Positions 56,923 to 64,000 of a stretch of 64,000 bases of DNA are shown piece by piece. Under the pieces are notes generated by a model. It was not told the DNA's origin and did no database searches. It was given only the letters and a program-made list of their open reading frames with translations. The position numbers and the translations under genes were made by a program. The stretch lies in NCBI GenBank assembly GCA_031286285.1, contig JAITUN010000298.1:1799-65798 (forward strand), read 5' to 3'. How positions within the stretch are numbered: the stretch's first letter is position 1; each line of letters starts with the position of its first letter. The DNA is from Bacteroidales bacterium (GTDB lineage: Bacteria; Bacteroidota; Bacteroidia; Bacteroidales; WCHB1-69).

Positions 56923-57089
56923 ACCATGAAAACAAAAACTTAATAGTGTATTTTTGCACTCAGGAAAGCACGTTAAAACACCTGAAAAGTTGTTAAAATT
57001 TGCTTGTTTGTTACCCGCTACTACAAATAACGTGCTTTTCTTTTTAAAAATCAATTAGTTATGAATGCTACTGTAGTTTATAGAGAATA

Positions 57090-57527
57090 ATGAAAATCGC
57101 CGTTTTCGCAGGAACTTTTGACCCATTTACTATTGGGCACCAAGATATTGTAAATAGAGCTATATCCATTTTTGATAAAATAATTATTGCTATCGGAGTA
57201 AATGAGAAAAAGAAAACGCTCTTTTCGCTACAAGAGAGAATTGACAATATTAAAAAAGCATTCATTAACAATGATAAAATTGTTGTAGAAACTTATACCG
57301 GACTTACTGGTGAGTTCTGCAAAAAAAAAGGCGCCCAATTTCTGATTAGAGGTATCAGAAATAGTGTTGATTTTCAGTATGAAAATGATTTAGCCCAAGC
57401 AAATAATGAACTTTTTTGTATTGAAACCGTTTTTTTTATTACCTCTTCTACACTATCCCATATATCTTCTTCGTTAGTAAGGGAACTTTTTAAAAATAAC
57501 GGGAACTATCAACAATATTTGCCATAA
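57090..57527 (+). CDS. coaD: phosphopantetheine adenylyltransferase
   Basis: 145 aa. IAVFAGTFDPFTIGHQDIV (T/HxGH nucleotidyltransferase motif) and the ISSSLVRE region. Confidence 0.9.
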   Translation: MKIAVFAGTFDPFTIGHQDIVNRAISIFDKIIIAIGVNEKKKTLFSLQERIDNIKKAFINNDKIVVETYTGLTGEFCKKKGAQFLIRGIRNSVDFQYENDLAQANNELFCIETVFFITSSTLSHISSSLVRELFKNNGNYQQYLP

Positions 57528-57533
57528 AGTATT

Positions 57534-58610
57534 ATGTTTAGATTTGAAAATAATATTTATTTATACGGATTACTCATAATTCCGTTTTTTGTTTTAGGGT
57601 TCATATTATTACATTATGCTGCTAACAAACGTTGGAAACAGTTTGGAGATGAAGCGTTAATAAAAAGGTTGATGCCCTTACGCTCTTATACTGCCCAAAC
57701 TGTTAAGTTTTCACTACTTATGGCTTCGTTGGCTTGCTTCCTTTTTGCATTAGCAAATCCTCAAGTGGGCAGCACTTTGGAAAAAGGGATGAGAAAAGGG
57801 GTGGATATTATGATTGCCATGGATATTTCTAATAGTATGCTTGCAGATGATATTCAACCCAACCGCTTGGAAGCCTCAAAAATAGCCCTCGCTAGGTTTA
57901 TTGACCAATTGAAAGGAGACAGAATCGGGTTGGTGGTTTTTGCCGGAAAATCGTTTGTGCAATTGCCTATTACCAATGATTATGCTGCTGCAAAGATGTT
58001 TGTGAATTATGTAAATCCTAAACTCATTGATGTTCAAGGCACTGATATTGCATCAGCTATTGACTTGGCTGCTGTTTCTATGCTACCGGAACTAAAAGAC
58101 GGGAATGCGGACTTGAATAAAATTTCTCAACTTAACTCCAAAGTAATCTTAGTGGTCTCTGATGGTGAAGACCATTTTCCACAAGCTGTTGATGTTGCTG
58201 CTCAGGTGCGAAAATTGGGGATAACAATCCACTCCATTGGTATTGGCGATGTACGAGGAGTGCCTATCCCAGATGGAAGAAACGGCTATAAAAAAGATTT
58301 GGAAGGAAATACGGTAATTACCCGCTTAAATGAAGATGTTTTAAAAGAGATTGCTTCAACAGGCGGCGGCGTATATGTGCATGCCTCTAATGCAAACATG
58401 GGATTTGAAACCATCTTAGAAAAAATTAATGCAATGGATAAAGTGGATTTACAGGAGATTACTTTCTCTAGGTATGAAAGCAAGTATCAGTATCCATTGG
58501 CTTTAGGTCTTTTCTTTTTGCTGGTTGAACTCATGTGGTTTTCTGTTAAACCTAAGTGGCGCGAACAGATATTGAGGCTTCAGTATTTTTTAAAAGCAAA
58601 AGGAGCATAA
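57534..58610 (+). CDS. BatA/BatB-like membrane-anchored von Willebrand factor A-domain protein
   Basis: 358 aa with an N-terminal TM. The MIDAS region VDIMIAMDISNSMLADDIQPNRLE, plus VLVVSDGEDH and a C-terminal TM. Confidence 0.8.
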   Translation: MFRFENNIYLYGLLIIPFFVLGFILLHYAANKRWKQFGDEALIKRLMPLRSYTAQTVKFSLLMASLACFLFALANPQVGSTLEKGMRKGVDIMIAMDISNSMLADDIQPNRLEASKIALARFIDQLKGDRIGLVVFAGKSFVQLPITNDYAAAKMFVNYVNPKLIDVQGTDIASAIDLAAVSMLPELKDGNADLNKISQLNSKVILVVSDGEDHFPQAVDVAAQVRKLGITIHSIGIGDVRGVPIPDGRNGYKKDLEGNTVITRLNEDVLKEIASTGGGVYVHASNANMGFETILEKINAMDKVDLQEITFSRYESKYQYPLALGLFFLLVELMWFSVKPKWREQILRLQYFLKAKGA

Positions 58611-58626
58611 TACTTTTTAGAATGTA

Positions 58627-58655
58627 AAAAAGGCTACCCTTTCAGGCAGCCTTTT
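58627..58655. terminator. bidirectional intrinsic terminator-like hairpin between convergent genes
   Basis: AAAAAGGCTACC-cttTCA-GGCAGCCTTTT forms an 11-bp stem with one A:C mismatch and a 6-nt loop. It is flanked by an A-run 5' and a T-run 3', 17 bp after the vWA gene stop and about 50 bp after the gdhA stop. Confidence 0.55.
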
Positions 58656-58706
58656 CACCATAATGAAAAAACTAAATGGACAAACATCCACAAAGTTAAT
58701 ATCTTA

Positions 58707-60044
58707 TTAAATTACGCCTTGGTCAATCATAGCATCGGCAACTTTGATGAAGCCGGCAATGTTTGCCCCTTTTACATAATTAATATAACCATCTTTTTCA
58801 GTACCGTATTTTACACAATTAGCATGGATATTGCTCATGATTGCTTTCAGTTTTTCGTCAACTTCTTCACGTGTCCATGCTAATTTCATAGAGTTTTGAG
58901 TCATTTCCAAACCGGAAGTAGCAACTCCTCCTGCATTGGCAGCTTTGCCGGGCGCATAAGATACTTTTTTAGACTGTAGGGTATGGATAGCGTCTGCGGT
59001 ACATCCCATGTTTGAAGCTTCAACTACATATTTACAACCATTGGCGGCTAATAGTTCGGCATCCTCTTTATTCAGTTCGTTTTGAATAGCACAAGGAATC
59101 GCCACATCCACTTTAGCTTCCCAAGGTTTTTTACCAGCGAAGAATTTTGCATTAGGATATTTGGTTGCGTAAGGAGCCACCACATTATTACGAGTAGCGA
59201 GCAGTTCCGTCATATAAACGATTCTGTCTCCTGCAATACCTTCTTCATCAAGAATATATCCGTCCGGACCGGAGATACAAACCACTTTTGCTCCCAATTC
59301 GGTTGCTTTAAGCGCTGCTCCCCATGCTACGTTCCCAAAACCTGAAACGGCTACTCTTTTACCTTTGATAGTGTCGCCTTTTGCAGCCAGCATACCTAAT
59401 AAAAAATAGATAGCTCCAAAGCCGGTAGCTTCAGGGCGGATAAGCGAGCCACCCCAATTCAAACCTTTTCCGGTAAGAACGCCCACGTGTTCGTCTCTAA
59501 TTCTTTTGTATTGTCCATACATCCAGCCCACTTCGCGTGCACCCACACCGATATCTCCTGCAGGAACGTCTCTTTCGGGTCCTAAATATTTTTGCAATTC
59601 GGTCATAAATGCTTGGCAGAAGCGCATCATTTCGCCTTCCGATTTTCCGGTCGGGTCGAAATCGGAACCACCTTTACCACCGCCCATAGGAAGTGTAGTG
59701 AGTGAGTTTTTGAATGTTTGTTCAAAAGCCAAGAATTTCATTGTGTCTTGGTTCACACTTTTGTGGAAGCGGCAACCTCCTTTGTAAGGCCCGATAGCCA
59801 TGTTGTGTTGTACTCGGAAACCCCGATTTACCTGTATTTTTCCGTTATCATCCACCCAGGTAACTTTGAATTGGATTATTCTTTCAGGTTCCAAAATTCT
59901 TTCTACGATAGAATACTTATCGTATTTTGGGTTTTCATTAACAAAGTCAACGATTGTTTCGAGTACTTCTTTCGCTGCTTGAATGTACAAAGGTTGAGCC
60001 GGATTCTTCACTTCCAACTCCGCAATTAATTTGTTTAAATCCAT
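58707..60044 (-). CDS. gdhA: NADP-specific glutamate dehydrogenase
   Basis: 445 aa. GPYKGGCRFH, LPMGGGKGGSDFDP and the Rossmann motif VSGFGNVAWGAA. Confidence 0.95.
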   Translation of the reverse strand: MDLNKLIAELEVKNPAQPLYIQAAKEVLETIVDFVNENPKYDKYSIVERILEPERIIQFKVTWVDDNGKIQVNRGFRVQHNMAIGPYKGGCRFHKSVNQDTMKFLAFEQTFKNSLTTLPMGGGKGGSDFDPTGKSEGEMMRFCQAFMTELQKYLGPERDVPAGDIGVGAREVGWMYGQYKRIRDEHVGVLTGKGLNWGGSLIRPEATGFGAIYFLLGMLAAKGDTIKGKRVAVSGFGNVAWGAALKATELGAKVVCISGPDGYILDEEGIAGDRIVYMTELLATRNNVVAPYATKYPNAKFFAGKKPWEAKVDVAIPCAIQNELNKEDAELLAANGCKYVVEASNMGCTADAIHTLQSKKVSYAPGKAANAGGVATSGLEMTQNSMKLAWTREEVDEKLKAIMSNIHANCVKYGTEKDGYINYVKGANIAGFIKVADAMIDQGVI

Positions 60045-60100
60045 AATGTAACTTTTTTTTAAGGTTTTATAAAAATATATTGGTTATAGAAAATATGCCG

Positions 60101-60108
60101 CAAAAGTA
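60101..60108 (-). promoter_or_regulatory. candidate -7 promoter box (TACTTTTG on the minus strand)
   Basis: Plus-strand caaaagta, 57 bp upstream of the gdhA ATG (60044). Confidence 0.3.
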
Positions 60109-60191
60109 TCATTTTAATTGTTCCGAAAACGCTTTTAAAACTTTATTATTGCAATGGGAAATTATTTAACTTTAACAAGTTTTTCAAAACA

Positions 60192-62957
60192 TTACATTTT
60201 CCCCACAACCACAGTAGTAAAAGTTTCAGGTACAAGATACAATTTTGCCAATGTTTGAATATTTTGTGAAGTAACTGCTCTAATTGAGTCAACCATCATT
60301 TGCATCTCTTTTTCATCCAAACCGAAGTCATTCCAAAGAGCATACCTCTTTTGGTAATCAACATAACCGTCCACACTACGAAGGAGTTCTCCAAGCATAT
60401 AAGATTTCACTAAAGAGAGTTCATTCTCATCCACTAATTCGTTTTGCAATAACAACATTTCTTTATAACAAGTTTCAATTGCCTCTTTTGTTTTTTCTAC
60501 AATAACATCTGCCTCAATGTAAAAAAGAGCTTTGTTTTCATAAAAGATGCTATTGCAAAACACGTTGTATGTATATCCTTTCTCTTCACGAAGGTTCTTC
60601 ATAAGGCGCGATCCGAAGTAACCTCCATATATCATGCTTAATACTTCAAAATTGCGTCTGTTCTCGTGCAAAAATCCTATATTATTTTTGCATAATATGA
60701 GAGAAGATTGAAGTGCTGATTCTCTGAGTTCAAACCTCACCTTACAATCTTTCCGAGAGACTAATTCATCTTTTCTGCTTTCTTTTTTTAAGCATTGAAT
60801 GATGTCAAAATCTTCTTTACTGCCAATCTCTTTTGGGCATTGAGCAAATTGGAAATATGAGTCGTATCCCTCCACATTTCCTGCAACAAACACTCTTATG
60901 TTGCTTTCAGTAAACGTTTGTTTGTGATAATCTTGTAGTAATTCGACAGTTAAAGCATTAATATGCTCTTTACTTAAAATATTTCCGATTGGCATATTGT
61001 CAGGAAACATTTCGGCAAACATAAGTTGGTACGCTCGATAATTAAATTTTGCAGAATTGTATTCCAAATCTTTGATACTATATTCCTTAAAACGTTGTAG
61101 GTCTTCAACCTTATACGTTGGTTTATAGATTGTTTCCCAAAGTAGAGGCAAGAGTATTTCCAAATTTTTTTTTGGAATAACCCATTGAATTGTAATGTAT
61201 TGTAATTGGAAATTTGTTTTCCATGAAGCACCATGAAAAGCTAAAAAATCGTCCATCTCTTTTGCGGAGAATCTTGCACTGCTGTCTTTTAACATGCCAT
61301 AAGTTCCCTTTGCCACTAATTTATCAGATTCATAAAGCGCACCCGCTTTCACTTTGATAAGGACGTGAATTAGTTCTAATTTTTCATTTTGGAATAAATA
61401 AAGCGGAGTTTTTTTTGATATTAAGTAGTATTGTGGCAACTTTAATGAACTTGTGCAAACCTCATTTATGGGAGGTTTTATTTTTCTATCAAGATTTTTT
61501 TTTTTTATTTTTTTTTGGTTCATGCCTTTAGAGATATCTTGCTTTACTACTTTCAGGTTAAGTTTTTTTCCTTCTTCCAACATCATTTCATAAGCATCCT
61601 CAAACTCATTAGAAATCTTTCCTTCTAAAATTGCCTCTTTTATAGCATCTTTAATAATTCCTACTTCACGGCAAGGGGATAATCCAAATGAACTCATAAT
61701 CATTTCACCGGCAATAGGTGGTTGCCAATTACGGATTCTATCTTTTTCTTCAATCTCTTTTAGTTTTTGTCTTACGTTAGCAAAGTTCTTCATACAACGT
61801 TTTATTTTTTCGGGAACAGAAGAAGTAACGTCTGCTTCGCACAGCAACATTAGGTCTTCAATATCATCGCCTGCGTCGAAGAGAAGTCGCCGTACAGCTG
61901 AGTCAGTAATTTCATCTTCAACTAAAGCTATTGGTCTCAGATGCAGGGCAACCATTTTTTGCACATATTTCATCTTTCCGTTTGCAGGCATTTTTAGTTG
62001 ATTGAAAATCCGCTTCACCATTTTCGAGCCTAAATATTCGTGTCCATGAAACGACCACCCCACTTTTTCATCATATTTTTTGGTTTTGGGTTTGGCAATA
62101 TCATGTAACAGTGCAGCCCACAACAACCACAAATTAGAGTTTACCAATGCTATTCTATCCACTACCTGCAAAGTATGCAAGTAATTGTCTTTGTGCCCTC
62201 TTCCGTTCATCATTTCAACGCCTTTCAAGGCATAAAGTTCTGGGAGAAACTGCACTAACATTCCTGTTTCTTGGCACAGCATAATCCCTGTGGATGGTTT
62301 TTTTGAGAGCAATATTTTGTTAAACTCACCCACAATTCTTTCTTTTGATATTATTTCAAGTCGGTGCGCATTTTTTTTAATTGCGGCAAAAGTTTTCTGG
62401 TCAATTTTAAATTCCAATTGCGATGCAAATCTCACAGCGCGCAACATACGCAATGGGTCATCAGAGAAAGTATTATCCGGATCTAATGGTGTTCTAAGAA
62501 TTTTGTCTTGAAGATCATCAAAACCGTTAAAAAGGTCTATCAATTCGCCGCTTCTTTCACCAGAGATACCAATTGCCATAGCATTAATGGTAAAATCACG
62601 CCGCGCCAAATCTTCTTCTAATGTTCCTTTTTCAACAGTAGGTTTTCGCGAATTGTACGTATAGGATTCTTTTCTTGCTCCCACAAATTCAATAGCAGCA
62701 TCTTTATAAACAATTTGAGCAGTTCCAAAATTTTTAAACACATTGACTTTTAATGATGGAGATATCTCTTTGGCTACTTCTTTCGCAAGTTCTATTCCGT
62801 TTCCTATGACCAAGATATCTATATCTGTTGAAAAACGATTCAGAAACAGGTCTCGCACCACGCCTCCAACAGCAAAAGACTCAATCTGTTTTCCCTCTGC
62901 TACTTTCTTAACTATTTTATATATAGGATGTTGTATATCAAGGATGTCATTTTTCAT
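60192..62957 (-). CDS. fusion ORF: CCA-adding/poly(A)-polymerase-family tRNA nucleotidyltransferase with HD domain (residues 1-478) + inactive M16 (insulinase)-like domains (residues 479-921)
   Basis: The N-terminal part has GGVVRDLFLNRFSTDIDILV, RRDFTINAMA and the HD region LLHDIAKP. The C-terminal part resembles an M16 fold but lacks HxxEH (AKGTYGMLKDSS at that position). The junction ...KGMNQKKIKKKNL is encoded by T12-A-T9 homopolymers at 61495..61516. Confidence 0.75.
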   Translation of the reverse strand: MKNDILDIQHPIYKIVKKVAEGKQIESFAVGGVVRDLFLNRFSTDIDILVIGNGIELAKEVAKEISPSLKVNVFKNFGTAQIVYKDAAIEFVGARKESYTYNSRKPTVEKGTLEEDLARRDFTINAMAIGISGERSGELIDLFNGFDDLQDKILRTPLDPDNTFSDDPLRMLRAVRFASQLEFKIDQKTFAAIKKNAHRLEIISKERIVGEFNKILLSKKPSTGIMLCQETGMLVQFLPELYALKGVEMMNGRGHKDNYLHTLQVVDRIALVNSNLWLLWAALLHDIAKPKTKKYDEKVGWSFHGHEYLGSKMVKRIFNQLKMPANGKMKYVQKMVALHLRPIALVEDEITDSAVRRLLFDAGDDIEDLMLLCEADVTSSVPEKIKRCMKNFANVRQKLKEIEEKDRIRNWQPPIAGEMIMSSFGLSPCREVGIIKDAIKEAILEGKISNEFEDAYEMMLEEGKKLNLKVVKQDISKGMNQKKIKKKNLDRKIKPPINEVCTSSLKLPQYYLISKKTPLYLFQNEKLELIHVLIKVKAGALYESDKLVAKGTYGMLKDSSARFSAKEMDDFLAFHGASWKTNFQLQYITIQWVIPKKNLEILLPLLWETIYKPTYKVEDLQRFKEYSIKDLEYNSAKFNYRAYQLMFAEMFPDNMPIGNILSKEHINALTVELLQDYHKQTFTESNIRVFVAGNVEGYDSYFQFAQCPKEIGSKEDFDIIQCLKKESRKDELVSRKDCKVRFELRESALQSSLILCKNNIGFLHENRRNFEVLSMIYGGYFGSRLMKNLREEKGYTYNVFCNSIFYENKALFYIEADVIVEKTKEAIETCYKEMLLLQNELVDENELSLVKSYMLGELLRSVDGYVDYQKRYALWNDFGLDEKEMQMMVDSIRAVTSQNIQTLAKLYLVPETFTTVVVGKM

Positions 62958-63011
62958 TATGAATTATTTGCAGAAACAATAAGGTATATATTGTTTTACT
63001 ATATTGGACGA

Positions 63012-63019
63012 CAAAAATA
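63012..63019 (-). promoter_or_regulatory. candidate -7 promoter box (TATTTTTG on the minus strand)
   Basis: Plus-strand caaaaata, 55 bp upstream of the fusion ORF ATG (62957). Confidence 0.3.
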
Positions 63020-63319
63020 ACAAAATAATTTTCAATTCTTGGAAAATGGGTTAAAATAAAATGTAGAAATAGATCAAAAAGATTTTTTTAATTATTTGTA
63101 TCAATATTTTATTATATTTGCCGACCCTAAAAAAAAGCATGTTTGCGCGTAGGTTTTGGAGCTATTGATGGATGTTAACATTCTTTTTTAAAATAGATTA
63201 AATTAATATTCGTATTTTTTGGATTATATTAGGTTTTGTAAAAGATGCTCTTTTTTCTTCCAAAATTTTTAAAAGACGAATACTTAGAATGAAAAATAAT
63301 AAAAAAAATAAGCTAAAAA

Positions 63320-63514
63320 ATGAAAAAAGTATTGAATTATTTTAAGGAAACTTACGAAGAGTTGGTTCACAAAGTAACGTGGCCCTCTATGAAAGATCTT
63401 CAAAATAGCGTTATCGTTGTATCCATTGCTTCCCTCATCATTACTTTTGTAGTGTTCCTGATGGATATAATTCTTAATGTTAGTGTTCATTTCTTATTCC
63501 CAAAAATTATTTAG
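63320..63514 (+). CDS. secE: preprotein translocase subunit SecE
   Basis: 64 aa. FKETYEELVHKVTWPSMKDL followed by a single TM helix, immediately upstream of nusG as in the conserved secE-nusG arrangement. Confidence 0.85.
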   Translation: MKKVLNYFKETYEELVHKVTWPSMKDLQNSVIVVSIASLIITFVVFLMDIILNVSVHFLFPKII

Positions 63515-63549
63515 CTTAGGTTGGTATTTATACCTAATACACTTTGAAT

Positions 63550-64000
63550 ATGGCAGAAATTGAAAAAAAGTGGTATGTAATTCGTGCCGTTACAGGAACT
63601 GAAAAAAAGGTTAAATTGAGCATTGAGAGTGAAGTTCAATCTTTACCTTATATCAAAGACTTGGTAACACGAATTCTTATCCCTACTGAAAAGATTTACC
63701 AAATTCGCAACGGCAAAAAAGTAAGCAAAGAGCGCAACTTTTTTCCCGGATACATTTTTGTTGAAGCAGTGATGGTTGGAGAAGTGCAACATACTTTGTT
63801 AAGCATTCCAGGAGTTCTCGGCTTTGTGGGTTGCAAACGCAAAATTGATACTCCAATCCCGCTTCGCCCTGTTGAAGTAACAAGAATGCTGGGAAAAGTA
63901 GATGAACTACTTGAACAGGATGACTCTTATGCAACTCCATTCATCGTAGGCGAAGAGATCAAAGTGATTGACGGACCATTCAACACTTTTACCGGTATCA
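63550..64000 (+). CDS. nusG: transcription termination/antitermination factor NusG (3' end outside the window)
   Basis: Absent from the ORF track because no stop falls inside the window. ATG at 63550 gives MAEIEKKWYVIRAVTGTEKKVKLSIESEV... then FPGYIFVEA, the classic NusG NGN domain. Confidence 0.9.
   Translation, partial: MAEIEKKWYVIRAVTGTEKKVKLSIESEVQSLPYIKDLVTRILIPTEKIYQIRNGKKVSKERNFFPGYIFVEAVMVGEVQHTLLSIPGVLGFVGCKRKIDTPIPLRPVEVTRMLGKVDELLEQDDSYATPFIVGEEIKVIDGPFNTFTGI

Noticed and set aside
56818-57054. 79-codon N-terminal extension of the antitoxin ORF (track ORF 56575..57054), and ORF 57068..57271 (-)
   Set aside because: The extension is hydrophobic, low-complexity sequence that runs through the inverted repeat and promoter boxes. 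An internal Met at 56817 gives a typical 80-aa antitoxin. ORF 57068..57271 is antisense to coaD.
62958-63319. Expected tRNA-Trp (often found upstream of secE-nusG), or any other tRNA, in the 360-bp spacer
   Set aside because: I found no GTTCRAnnC T-loop or cloverleaf-compatible segment by eye. The region reads as AT-rich promoter DNA. A tRNAscan-SE run would settle it.
63284-63940. Minus-strand ORFs 63284..63490 and 63683..63940
   Set aside because: They are antisense to the confidently identified secE and nusG genes.

Overview
AT-rich chromosomal segment that looks like Bacteroidota. The evidence is T9SS C-terminal sorting domains, a PorZ-like propeller protein, a long-form LepB, Bat/DUF58 aerotolerance-type genes, a FISUMP-domain protein and TAnnTTTG promoter boxes. 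The right half (30-64 kb) is mostly ordinary housekeeping: lysC, radC, rbfA, recO, thiolase, asd, lepA, ung, lepB, tsaC, coaD, gdhA, secE and nusG. It is interrupted by a RelE/ParE toxin-antitoxin pair, two tandem secreted paralogs and an unusual CCA-enzyme/M16-like fusion ORF. The left half is dominated by one ~25-kb block of 27 genes, all on the minus strand (4787..29919). This block has the architecture of an aryl-polyene/flexirubin-type type-II FAS/PKS lipid cluster. It encodes 2 ACPs, 2 full KS, 2 KS-like/CLF-like proteins, 2 hotdog dehydratases, a LolA-like carrier, a GT2 and an MMPL exporter fused to an acyltransferase and a methyltransferase-like tail. It also carries unusual extras: twin CrtI-like flavoenzymes, a B12-radical SAM enzyme, a PaaK-like ligase, and a tandemly duplicated small HTH-like + BtrH-like module next to an ABC-2 exporter. 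No tyrosine ammonia-lyase, DarA/DarB or ketoreductase is visible. I consider this cluster, and especially the duplicated BtrH module, the best candidate for an undescribed system. I found no rRNA, tRNA, CRISPR array, transposase or integrase. All functional calls come from reading motifs in the supplied translations, and no database search was possible.
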